DNA of 64,000 nt from Thermoproteota archaeon (GTDB lineage: Archaea > Korarchaeota > Korarchaeia > Korarchaeales > Korarchaeaceae), in contig WALU01000049.1 of the NCBI GenBank assembly GCA_015522685.1, positions 1 to 64,000 of the forward strand. The letters are read 5' to 3'. The position numbers were made by a program, and so were the translations under genes. Of this stretch, positions 1 to 9,314 are shown in pieces; positions within the stretch are counted from its first letter, which is position 1, and each line of letters starts with the position of its first letter. Below the pieces are notes generated by a model that saw only the letters and a program-made list of their open reading frames with translations, did not search any database and was not told where the DNA came from.

Positions 1-27
1 GCAGCGTCAGATGTGTATAAGAGACAG
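1..27 (+). other. Illumina Nextera/Tn5 adapter remnant (assembly artefact)
   Basis: GCAGCGTCAGATGTGTATAAGAGACAG is the 3' part of the Nextera read-1 adapter, including the 19-bp mosaic end. Confidence 0.97.
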
Positions 28-47
28 ATTATAGGTCTTATGACGAT

Positions 48-1307
48 ATGGTTAAATCTTCAGTCATAATGAGACACATTAGAATGAGAAGATTAGCTGT
101 GATTCTCTTCATTCTCACCCTATTGTCGATAATACATACTTACCCAATTAGAGGCCAAGAGGTAGGGAAGGTGCTCTCCATAAAGGTGAAAGGTATTATA
201 ACTGAAGGAGTATTTGATTACATTGAAAGCTCGATAAAGTTCGCTTTAGATAATAAATTTGATGGTTTACTAATAATACTTAATACAGATGGAGGATTTC
301 TATCTCCCACAGAGAAGATAATAACCGATATAAGCTCTTCACCTGTTCCTGTAGCGATCTACATACCTTCTGGTGGTAGAGCATTCTCAGCCGGCTCCTT
401 AATTTCGTTAGCAGCAGATAAGGTATGCATGGGTCCAGGTTCATCAATAGGCGCATCTGAGCCAAAACCTAAAGATGAAAAAGCGATTAATGCTTTGTCT
501 AGCTGGATGAAAAGCTTAGCTGAGGCTTCAGGTAAAAATTCTACAGCAGCAGAGCTTTTTGTGAGGAGAAATCTGGCTTTGACATCAAAAGAAGCTGTTG
601 GGTATAATATTGCTGACTGCATAGCCGGGAACTCAAGAAGAGCCTTAGAGAAAATTGACTGGCCTACAAACGTGCAGGAATTCTACCCAGATATCAGAGT
701 ATCCCTTCTCCTCCTAATAACAGATCCACTGAATGCTTGGGCAATCTTCATCATAGGAGCAATTTTACTCCTCCTCGGCTTGACCCATCCGACCTACATA
801 CTAGAGGCTACAGGAGCGATACTTGTGATACTGGGCCTCTATGCATTTGGGATGATCGGAGCGAGTCTAGCCTCAGTAATATTCATGATTATTGGAGCTA
901 CCACAATATTTTTGGAGTTGAAGACAGGCCATGGGCTCCTAGCCCTAACAGGCGCTATAATTTCAGCTTTTGGCCTCTTCTTACTATATCAATCTGGTCC
1001 TTTAATCTCCCTTACCTTAAATGCCAAAGTTACAATAGCCTCCTTCATAATAATTGCTGGCTTAGCTGGATTCTATCTCTACAAGGTAAGGGAGATTTTA
1101 TCCAAGAAATTAAGTCCCTTAAGCCCTGAAGCCTTGATAGACAGGAAAGGTATTGTCAAGGTCTCAATAGAACCAGGAAAGGAAGGAATAGTCCTTGTTG
1201 GTTCTGAACTCTGGACAGCCTACTCAGATGAGCCTCTCAGAGTTGGAGATCGTGTGAAGGTCATGGAAGTTAGGGGTTTTAAGGTAAAGGTAATGAGAGT
1301 ACATTAA
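48..1307 (+). CDS. nfeD: NfeD-family membrane-bound ClpP-class serine protease
   Basis: N-terminal signal/TM, LNTDGG and AFSAG motifs, TM bundle, C-terminal OB-like domain (GSELWTAYS); coupled to stomatin gene; true start may be a few codons downstream. Confidence 0.9.
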   Translation: MVKSSVIMRHIRMRRLAVILFILTLLSIIHTYPIRGQEVGKVLSIKVKGIITEGVFDYIESSIKFALDNKFDGLLIILNTDGGFLSPTEKIITDISSSPVPVAIYIPSGGRAFSAGSLISLAADKVCMGPGSSIGASEPKPKDEKAINALSSWMKSLAEASGKNSTAAELFVRRNLALTSKEAVGYNIADCIAGNSRRALEKIDWPTNVQEFYPDIRVSLLLLITDPLNAWAIFIIGAILLLLGLTHPTYILEATGAILVILGLYAFGMIGASLASVIFMIIGATTIFLELKTGHGLLALTGAIISAFGLFLLYQSGPLISLTLNAKVTIASFIIIAGLAGFYLYKVREILSKKLSPLSPEALIDRKGIVKVSIEPGKEGIVLVGSELWTAYSDEPLRVGDRVKVMEVRGFKVKVMRVH

Positions 1308-2179
1308 TGCAGATCTTCGTATCAGTCTCAGATATCCTATTGGGAATAGTAATACTGATAATAATTGCCTTTCTTGCATCTGCCATCAAGATAGTGCCCG
1401 AATTCAAGAGACTTGTAATATTGAGACTAGGGAGATTTGTGGGTGTGAAGGGACCAGGGATAATCTTCAGGATACCTATTTTGGATCAAATACTCTGGGT
1501 AGATCTCAGGGAGAATTATTTTGATGTTCCTCACCAGACATGCATAACCAAAGATAACGCACCAACGGATATAGACTTTATCGTTTATTACAAGGTCATA
1601 GATCCTATGGCAAGTATACTTAATGTCTCTGATTTCAGAGGAGCTGCTTTAGGAATAGCAACTACGACTTTAAGAGCTGTAATAGGAGAGATGATGCTTG
1701 ATGAAGTCCTAGCAAAGAGAGATGAGATAAATCACGTGCTGAGGGCGAAGCTAGATGAGGTAACTGAAAGATGGGGTGTGAAGATAACAAACGTAGAGAT
1801 AAGAGAAATACTTCCACCTAAATCTGTACAGGATGCCATGATAAAGCAAATGTCAGCCGAGCGCACTAGAAGAGCCATGGTAACAGAGGCGGAGGGTAAG
1901 AAGGAGGCTGCAATAAAGGTAGCTGAGGGAGAGAAACAAGCGACCATCTTAAAGGCCGAAGGTGAAAGGAAGGCTCAGATACTGAAGGCTGAAGGCTATA
2001 CCATTGCTTTGAAGACGATAAATGATGCTGCACAGAAGCTAGATGAGAAGACAATGAAACTCCAGTATTTAGATGGACTTAAGGTCATAGGATCATCTGA
2101 AGCGACGAAGTTCCTTATACCTCTTGAGCTAATGGAAATGGTGAAAGATTGGCTCTCTAAGGAAAAGATAGAGAGCTAG
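1307..2179 (+). CDS. SPFH/band-7 (stomatin-like) protein
   Basis: N-terminal TM, RLGRF..GPG, TTLRAVIGEM, coiled-coil AEG repeats; TAATG overlap with nfeD. Confidence 0.93.
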   Translation: MQIFVSVSDILLGIVILIIIAFLASAIKIVPEFKRLVILRLGRFVGVKGPGIIFRIPILDQILWVDLRENYFDVPHQTCITKDNAPTDIDFIVYYKVIDPMASILNVSDFRGAALGIATTTLRAVIGEMMLDEVLAKRDEINHVLRAKLDEVTERWGVKITNVEIREILPPKSVQDAMIKQMSAERTRRAMVTEAEGKKEAAIKVAEGEKQATILKAEGERKAQILKAEGYTIALKTINDAAQKLDEKTMKLQYLDGLKVIGSSEATKFLIPLELMEMVKDWLSKEKIES

Positions 2180-2344
2180 CTCTCTATCTTTTTAGTATTG
2201 GTAATCAACCTAGCAGCTAGCGTTGGTAGGAGAATAGCCTTGGAATTATTGGAGTATGAGATAAACAGTAGGCGAATAAATTGAATGAAAAATATCGATA
2301 ATGGTTTAATTTTAGGGAAAAAGCAAATTAGGATAGTTAGATTA

Positions 2345-4132
2345 TCATATCAGTCCGTACTTTTTCAGTATCTCCTCTCTAGGAACTCCGTTACTATTCC
2401 ATCCCCTCAACTCATAATAATAGTCCAAAAATTTCTCTTGCTCTTCCTCAGTGATCTTTCTCTCCTCTCCGTTATATATGAAGGATTCCCTAAGCAATCT
2501 CCTCGGAAGCCTATCATCCTCCCTCCTAATGCCAAGCCTGACATTATACATTCTAACGAGGTTTATTATACGTCTTGCAGCCATCTTTAGATCTTCAACT
2601 CTTGTCTCTCTACCGGTGATTAGAGTATAGTACTTAGCCATCTGCTCCCAATCTATGAGGGTTCTAGTAAATTTGCAGAGGACAAATGAATCTTCTAGTA
2701 CTCCTTTCTCCTCTAAATCTGATAGAGCTTTTGTTTTTTCCATTGAGATAGTTTCTCTGTCCCCCCCAAGCCCTTTTATATCAGCATAGTATCCCATAAA
2801 CCTAAGATGGCATGCGCCCCTAGAGGAAGCTCCATAGCTTAAGATCATGCTCTTCAGAGTTCTTGGATCATAGCCAGCTGGCTCAAGCCCCTTGACATGA
2901 ATTGCAAGATCCTCCAATCCAAGCTTTTCTGACGCCACTTTAACGCCCTCAGCAAGAATACCTCCAACTCCTTCCCTCTTAGCTATCATTTTTGTAAGCT
3001 GATAAAGAGATTCTGGGTCACCGTAATTTAACTTGAATCCCGGATCGAGTTTACCTCTCTTATAAGCCTCTATGGCAAAACCGAGCACATTACCTAATGT
3101 TATAGTATCCATTCCTAAGCCATCTATGAGGTCATTGAGCCACACTATTGCCTTAATATCTGTTATGGCAGCAAGTCCTCCTATGGAGTAGATGGTCTCG
3201 TATTCAAGCTCGACCTCACTTCCGGCATAGCCTCCCTCCTTAACCTTACTGTACCTTCCGCAGGGGGTTGGGCAGCCAAAGCATCCCTTAGCGTGAACGA
3301 ATACTCCTTTCTCTATGGCTTCCCAAGCTATTCTATCCCAACCATCAACGGATCCTCTTGACCAGTAGTAGCTAGGGAAGAAGCCCCATTCATTGGCCAG
3401 CTCAACTAGGCTAGTAGTCCCTTTCTCAAAGTAGCTCTTCAGTTCTTTCCTAGCCTTTGGTATTATCTCCTCTGCTGTATACTTCCTTACTCCATCTGGA
3501 TCTGCTGCGTCCCATTTCATTTTATCATAATCTATAATAATGGCCTTAAGCTTCTTTGACCCCATAACGGCTCCTCCCCCGGTTCTTCCAGCTTGTCTCC
3601 ATTTTTCATTTCCTATAACTGCGAATTTAACTAAGTTCTCTCCTGCTGGTCCTATAGAGGCTATGGAACTTCTTTTATACTCCCTCTTGAGTCCATCCTC
3701 AGTTTGGTAGATAGTCTTCCCCCAAAGATGACTTGCATCATTTATCTCGATACCGTCTTCGCTCACTACAAGGTATATAGGCTTTTCTGATTTTCCTATA
3801 ATGACTATAACTGTAGCCCCAACCCATCTAGAAGCCGCACCAAACGTTCCTCCAACAACAGATTCTCCTATTACTCCGGTCTGAGGAGATCTAAAAATGA
3901 AGGTTCCCTTACCAGAATAGGGAACTGCTGTTCCAGTAAATGGGCCTATAGCAAATATTAAGGGATTCTCAGGCCCAAGTGGGTCTGTTTTATCATCAGT
4001 AATTTCATAGAGGATCTTAGCACCAATTCCCTTGCCACCTATAAAATTCCAGGCAAGGCCTTCTGGAACAGGTTCGCTTTTTTGCTTTCCTGTAGACAAA
4101 TCTATCCAATGTATTAAGCCATAACCTTTCAT
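2345..4132 (-). CDS. aor: Aldehyde:ferredoxin oxidoreductase family (tungsten-pterin enzyme)
   Basis: DPLGPEN, GRTGGGAVMGSKKLKA, CxxCxxxC, EYET, DGLGMDTI motifs. Confidence 0.92.
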   Translation of the reverse strand: MKGYGLIHWIDLSTGKQKSEPVPEGLAWNFIGGKGIGAKILYEITDDKTDPLGPENPLIFAIGPFTGTAVPYSGKGTFIFRSPQTGVIGESVVGGTFGAASRWVGATVIVIIGKSEKPIYLVVSEDGIEINDASHLWGKTIYQTEDGLKREYKRSSIASIGPAGENLVKFAVIGNEKWRQAGRTGGGAVMGSKKLKAIIIDYDKMKWDAADPDGVRKYTAEEIIPKARKELKSYFEKGTTSLVELANEWGFFPSYYWSRGSVDGWDRIAWEAIEKGVFVHAKGCFGCPTPCGRYSKVKEGGYAGSEVELEYETIYSIGGLAAITDIKAIVWLNDLIDGLGMDTITLGNVLGFAIEAYKRGKLDPGFKLNYGDPESLYQLTKMIAKREGVGGILAEGVKVASEKLGLEDLAIHVKGLEPAGYDPRTLKSMILSYGASSRGACHLRFMGYYADIKGLGGDRETISMEKTKALSDLEEKGVLEDSFVLCKFTRTLIDWEQMAKYYTLITGRETRVEDLKMAARRIINLVRMYNVRLGIRREDDRLPRRLLRESFIYNGEERKITEEEQEKFLDYYYELRGWNSNGVPREEILKKYGLI

Positions 4133-4440
4133 AAGACCACATCTCTAGAGAGAAAGGTATCTTAATTAATTCTTCTGTTCCAATAAGCTTTTACTCATTC
4201 GCTGTAGGATTATCGCTTCATTTTCTAATTCGTTTGCAAATTAAGATATATAATTATTCTACAATAATCCTATGATTAATCAGAAAAGCCATTTAGAGTT
4301 TTTAGGAGGCTTATAAATGGAATTTAAGCTTCAAAGCTGCAAATAGAATCTAGCTATATCTAACATGCTCCTGGTTGTGATTTCAGGAAAAAGTTATACC
4401 TTTATTTTTTACCCCAATCACTTAAGTTATAAGGATAGTA

Positions 4441-4818
4441 ATGAGCCATGAGAAGAACCTTGTGGGAGTAGAGATGCATGCTTATCTCTCCTCTTCAGAT
4501 ATTAAGGCTTTAATTTCTAAGCTAGTTAGTGTTATGAAGGATCTTGGATTCATCCTAAGCAGAAGAGCAGAAGGCTATGCCTTCTTACCTATGGGAATGC
4601 CTGTACCAACGCACCTTAGGTTAGGTGTCTATAGCGAAGTGGTAACGTTCTGGGTTAGAGGAGCTGGGACCGAGGATATTGAGAGATCAGCCAATCAGCT
4701 CAATATGAAAAGAGAGAAGTTCTTTGAAATTTTGATGAGAGGAATTGAGAGGTCTGCGGAAATTTTCAATTCATTTCAAGATAAAGGATCAGTTAGGGTA
4801 CATGTATCTAGCGAGTAG
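4441..4818 (+). CDS. hypothetical protein (125 aa)
   Basis: ATG ORF with typical composition and AT-rich upstream region; no family recognised. Confidence 0.7.
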   Translation: MSHEKNLVGVEMHAYLSSSDIKALISKLVSVMKDLGFILSRRAEGYAFLPMGMPVPTHLRLGVYSEVVTFWVRGAGTEDIERSANQLNMKREKFFEILMRGIERSAEIFNSFQDKGSVRVHVSSE

Positions 4819-4821
4819 ATT

Positions 4822-5322
4822 TCAACAGAGGCCGGAGCTGCAAGCTACTTTTATAGCATCTAATGCTCTCTTGATAGATCCCCTTAACACCTGGTCTGCA
4901 GAGAAGATTAGCTTAAGATTAGGCCTTTTGTTATTTATCCTCATCTTAAGAACACTTTCTATTAAGTCAGGGAAATTCCTTGACCCGAGTTCCCTCTTAG
5001 GTTCCCTTAAGAAATCAGCAGAGATTGTAAGCAGATCTTTTCTACCCATGGCAATGGATACCAAGTGATTTATCAGTATTTCTCTTGGGAGACATGTGAA
5101 TGCTATTTCTATCCTCTTAAAGGGATCATTTGGCTTATCAGCTACTGCTACAAAGGCAGATCCTCCATACTCTCTTCTTGTGATCGTTGGCGTATATTCT
5201 TCCATCTGCTCTAGGGCAGATTTCCAAACAAGAGATAAAAGCCTCCTATTAGAGTATGAGCCTACGAAATACCAGATTACAAATACTGCTGATATCGCTA
5301 TAATTAACTCTAGTTCATACAT
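4822..5322 (-). CDS. single-TM membrane protein with CCDC47/DUF1682-like motif pattern
   Basis: N-terminal TM then YFVGSYSNRRLLSLVW and LPREILINHLVS..RKDLLTI; divergent from cstA operon; family call is by eye. Confidence 0.7.
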   Translation of the reverse strand: MYELELIIAISAVFVIWYFVGSYSNRRLLSLVWKSALEQMEEYTPTITRREYGGSAFVAVADKPNDPFKRIEIAFTCLPREILINHLVSIAMGRKDLLTISADFLREPKRELGSRNFPDLIESVLKMRINNKRPNLKLIFSADQVLRGSIKRALDAIKVACSSGLC

Positions 5323-5386
5323 TTACAGCACCTTATGCTCAGTCTAAGGATAAAGAATAAAACTACCTCTTGGCATTATATGAGCA

Positions 5387-5851
5387 ATGAAGGAGGTGGA
5401 GGTAAAGGCCATTAGTTCTCTCTTTGGAGCCGTGAGGTTTCTTCGCCTTAAAGTTCCAGATGATGTTGAGATAATGGCGACCATTTATGGTTCTGATGTA
5501 ACTAGATATAAGGGAAAGGAGAATGAAGCTTATGTAACCTTTGGTGAGAGCTATCATGTTATAGCGAGTCCTAATTATGCCCTAGACATGAAGATTTTGA
5601 TTAGACCAGGATTAAAAGAACTCAAGCCTAAAATGAGAGTGAAGGAAATAGGAGATATAGAGTTAGGGGGGCATCTTGGTCATTACTTTTTAGGAAAAGG
5701 TTTCCTCGGGGGAAGGAGAAAACAGTTAGTTACTGTACATTACTGTGACCAGACAGATAGGACAATACAGATAATATTTAAGGGCCCTTCTGACTTAGAT
5801 CTACTGGGATTAGTAAAGAGTTTGGAAGTGATCTGCCATGAAATGGAATGA
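5387..5851 (+). CDS. hypothetical protein, first gene of cstA-arsA operon
   Basis: 154-aa ORF overlapping next gene; contains HYCxxTDR motif. Confidence 0.75.
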   Translation: MKEVEVKAISSLFGAVRFLRLKVPDDVEIMATIYGSDVTRYKGKENEAYVTFGESYHVIASPNYALDMKILIRPGLKELKPKMRVKEIGDIELGGHLGHYFLGKGFLGGRRKQLVTVHYCDQTDRTIQIIFKGPSDLDLLGLVKSLEVICHEME

Positions 5852-6104
5852 ATTCAAAAAAGCCGTCAAGGACTTTCTCTTCGGTCTTTTCTTCTTCGAT
5901 CTTTACTGGGAAACTAGGAGGGAAGCTGCAAAGATGAAGGATCTAATAAACCTACTTATTTTAGGCGAAATGTTAGGTTTACCCTTAATCAGCACCCCTA
6001 TAATGCTTAAGCTCCTACCTTATCTCCTTCCGGAGATAGAAGGGTGGAAGTTCCGCCAGCTAAGGGAGAGAGATGTAACAGAAGAGGTTCCAGAAACTAT
6101 ATGA
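5838..6104 (+). CDS. small CstA-associated protein (cory-CC-star-like), paralog 1
   Basis: LLILGEMLGLP..LKLLPY..W motif shared with 7998..8303. Confidence 0.75.
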   Translation: MKWNEFKKAVKDFLFGLFFFDLYWETRREAAKMKDLINLLILGEMLGLPLISTPIMLKLLPYLLPEIEGWKFRQLRERDVTEEVPETI

Positions 6105-6227
6105 ATAATTTTTCATTTAATGAATAATATTTAATCTATCATTTTGACATTTTATGTCGAAGAACGAATAGAGAAAAGGTAATAAGCTAAAGAGGCAACA
6201 TCTCTCAAACATTTGAGAGGGATTGTT

Positions 6228-7961
6228 ATGCAGGTTGGTTACTTAGAAACTCCTTCCCTTTGGATCATAGGAGCCTTAATAGCATACGCCGTTGCATACT
6301 ACTTCTATGCAAAGTGGGTTGATGAGCATATTTGGGAGGTTAGTGAGTCAAGAACAACGCCAGCTCACATGTACCTCGATGGAGTAGAGTATTTTCCAGT
6401 GAGCAGGTATGTTCTCTATGGATTTCAGTTCAAGAGTATAGCTGCTCTTGGACCTATACTTGGACCCTTCATAGCAGTAGCTTATGGATGGATTCCAGCC
6501 TTACTCTGGATAATAATAGGAAACTTCTTCATAGGATGGGTTCAGGACTATAGTACGATAATGCTAACTGCGAGGAACGAAGGTAGGTCTATGGGGCCCT
6601 TAGTTTACAATGCAATAGGTGAAAGAGGAAGAAAGATCCTCTTGGGATATCTACTCTTCTATCTGCTTATAATATCTGCTGTCTTTATATACTTAGTCTC
6701 CCTCTTCTGGAATGTATTTCCAGGATCTTTCATCGCTACCATTGGTATAATAATAACTGGTCTAATAGCTGGAGAGCTTCTCTATAAGTACAAGACCAAT
6801 ATATTCGGAGTAACAGCCTTTGCCATAATATTGACGCTAATAAGCGTTGGAATAGGGACTGCAGTTGCCTGGCCTCCGAAGAACGTCTTCGGACCCTGGT
6901 CTCTGCAAGTATGGTCAGTAATATTCGCGATAATCCTATTTATAGGAGCTATCGCCCCATTACCTAAGTTTATAACTCCAATGAACTTCGTTGCAGTATT
7001 TCCGGCTATAGGAGGAGTTATTTTAATAATATTAGGAGCTCTCTTCTCACCACTAGGTGGAATAAAGGTTCTCCAGCCTGGATTTAAGGGATGGTATATA
7101 GAGAACGTAGGTCCTCTATTCCCTATACTCTTCATTTCAATAGCTTGCGGCGCTATCTCTGGATGGCATAGCTTAGTGAGCACATCAACCACCGGCAAGC
7201 AGCTTGACGTTGAAACTGACGCTAGGCCAGTTGGAGCTGGAGCCATGTTAACTGAAGGATTGCTTGCTACCTCAGCACTGGCAGCTTACATGGTTGTGTC
7301 ACCCAGTCTAATAGCTAAGGGTAAAATTGCAGCTTTTGTCAACGGTGCAACACTTCTATCGTCATTTTACCTTGGAGGGAAGGCTTCCATGGCGTATCTC
7401 TCTACATTCTTTGCTATATTCCTTGTTATCTATGCTATAACAGTTCAAGCGTTGGTAACCAGATATTGGCGTGTTTTCAGTACAGAGCTCTTCAAAGGAC
7501 CATGGAGTTGGCTCGGTGATAAGTACATAGCTACTTTCGTAGGACTTCTGCTTCCTATAATATTCGCACTTACAGGAAGCTGGATAAACCTCTGGATATA
7601 TTTCGGAGGCAGTAACCAGCTTTTGGCTGGTATGGCGCTTATCCTCGTCGCATTTTACGTTGCTAAGATGAGGAAACCCAGTTGGTACGCTGCTTGGCCA
7701 GCTGGCTTCATGACAATAGTCACTTTAGCTGCTTTATTGTGGGAGACTTATTCATTTGGTCTTAGCACATTTGGACTTGCTCCTATTAAAGCAAAGCCAC
7801 CTCTAACTCAGTATCCCGCTGCAGCTTGGTCCTTAAATGCATTATTCTTTATTATAGGTATAATATTGTTCGTACTCGGTCTTTACATGAGCTATGCTCT
7901 CTGGAGTGCCTATATGAAAGCTAGAAAAGGAGAAATAGAGGCCAAGGAGATCTCTACCTAA
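6228..7961 (+). CDS. cstA: CstA carbon-starvation family transporter
   Basis: TPAH..DGVEYFP, FKSIAALGPILGP, SIACGAISGWHSLV, FGGSNQLLA motifs; many TMs; ATG 6228 after GAGGG. Confidence 0.93.
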   Translation: MQVGYLETPSLWIIGALIAYAVAYYFYAKWVDEHIWEVSESRTTPAHMYLDGVEYFPVSRYVLYGFQFKSIAALGPILGPFIAVAYGWIPALLWIIIGNFFIGWVQDYSTIMLTARNEGRSMGPLVYNAIGERGRKILLGYLLFYLLIISAVFIYLVSLFWNVFPGSFIATIGIIITGLIAGELLYKYKTNIFGVTAFAIILTLISVGIGTAVAWPPKNVFGPWSLQVWSVIFAIILFIGAIAPLPKFITPMNFVAVFPAIGGVILIILGALFSPLGGIKVLQPGFKGWYIENVGPLFPILFISIACGAISGWHSLVSTSTTGKQLDVETDARPVGAGAMLTEGLLATSALAAYMVVSPSLIAKGKIAAFVNGATLLSSFYLGGKASMAYLSTFFAIFLVIYAITVQALVTRYWRVFSTELFKGPWSWLGDKYIATFVGLLLPIIFALTGSWINLWIYFGGSNQLLAGMALILVAFYVAKMRKPSWYAAWPAGFMTIVTLAALLWETYSFGLSTFGLAPIKAKPPLTQYPAAAWSLNALFFIIGIILFVLGLYMSYALWSAYMKARKGEIEAKEIST

Positions 7962-7997
7962 ACCCTTTTATTTCATTTCTTTTTATGAAGTTGAGAG

Positions 7998-8303
7998 GTG
8001 ATCAATATTCCGTTATTTAGCAGGAAGGATAAGAGAAAAACAAAAGATAAAGGTGGAATATCAGAAGCAGCTAAGGGAGTTCTTTATGGCTTTGCTGTTC
8101 ATGGAGCAGCTACAGCTGCCTTGAAGACTAGAATGCACATGGAGCACCTGTTCATGTTAATGACCCTTGGCGACATGCTTGGATTTCCGATAATACCCCC
8201 TTACTATTCCCTTAAGATATTGCCTTATGTAGTGCCTAACATAAAATCTTGGAAACAGAGGTTATTCAGAGAGAGAGACTTTACTGATATGCTAAGTGGA
8301 TAG
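7998..8303 (+). CDS. small CstA-associated protein (cory-CC-star-like), paralog 2
   Basis: EHLFMLMTLGDMLGFPIIPPYYSLKILPY; lies between cstA and ArsA ATPase. Confidence 0.8.
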   Translation: MINIPLFSRKDKRKTKDKGGISEAAKGVLYGFAVHGAATAALKTRMHMEHLFMLMTLGDMLGFPIIPPYYSLKILPYVVPNIKSWKQRLFRERDFTDMLSG

Positions 8304-8312
8304 GGTGCTCGA

Positions 8313-9314
8313 ATGGTTGGTCTAGCTGAATTTTTTGAGAGAAAGCCTGATGTAGAGGTTGTTGTCTTTGCTGGTAAAGGGGGCTTAGGGAAGACTACAA
8401 GTAGTGCTGCTTTAAGCTACTACAAAGCTGTAAATGAGGGGAAGAAGGTACTATGCTTCAGCACAGATCCTCAAGCATCACTTAGTGATATCTTTGAGAG
8501 GGATCTATTTGGTAAGGGGATTATAGAAGTAGCTCCTAACCTACATGTTGTAGAGATAGATGCCGATAAGAATATAGCGAGCTATCAACAAGAAATTAAG
8601 CAGAAAATCTTGGATATGTATGAATTGGATGAGCTACCAAAGGAAATAGAGGAATATATAGATAGCACATCTGCTGAGCCTGCTATGTACGAATCAGCGA
8701 CTTATGATGCCATGGCAGATTTAGTGTCCTCTAAAGAGTATGATCTCTACGTTTTTGATATGCCTCCCTTCGGTCATGGCGTGAGAATGGTAGCAATGGC
8801 GGAGATATTGAGTGCCTGGGTTGATAAGATAACGGAAGCGAGAAAAGAGGCTGCAGAATATGAAGCTGTTGCATCAACCCTTAGAGGCGGTGTGGAAACC
8901 GAAGATATGATTCTTAAGGAGTTGGGGGAGATAAGGAGAAAGATGGATACTTTCACAGGGCTTATGACTAATTCAGAGAAGACAGCATTCTTTATGGTGA
9001 TGGTTCCGGAGAAGATGGCCATTCTTGATACGGAGAGGGCTTTAGCCATGTTTAAGGAGCTTAATATAGGGATGTCAGGAGTAGTGGTAAATCAAACATA
9101 TCCAAGGGATCTTTTAAACAAGCCAGATCTTCCTGACTTTCTAAAAAAGAAGATAGAAGGCCAAGAAGATCATTTAATTGAAATAAGGGAAAAATTTGGA
9201 GATCTTGTATCTGCCCTTATTCCTATGTATGATAGGGAGCCTAAAGGCCTTGACATGATATCTCATGTGGCAGAAGATCTAATGCACTCGAGGAGGGATC
9301 TCTTATGGTGGTGA
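8313..9314 (+). CDS. ArsA/Get3/TRC40-family ATPase, copy 1
   Basis: deviant Walker A GKGGLGKTT, switch I STDPQASLSD, switch II DMPPFGH. Confidence 0.92.
   Translation: MVGLAEFFERKPDVEVVVFAGKGGLGKTTSSAALSYYKAVNEGKKVLCFSTDPQASLSDIFERDLFGKGIIEVAPNLHVVEIDADKNIASYQQEIKQKILDMYELDELPKEIEEYIDSTSAEPAMYESATYDAMADLVSSKEYDLYVFDMPPFGHGVRMVAMAEILSAWVDKITEARKEAAEYEAVASTLRGGVETEDMILKELGEIRRKMDTFTGLMTNSEKTAFFMVMVPEKMAILDTERALAMFKELNIGMSGVVVNQTYPRDLLNKPDLPDFLKKKIEGQEDHLIEIREKFGDLVSALIPMYDREPKGLDMISHVAEDLMHSRRDLLWW

Noticed and set aside
1-27. Tn5 mosaic end as a real transposon end
   Set aside because: Includes adapter-specific bases, sits at the contig terminus, and no transposase is present
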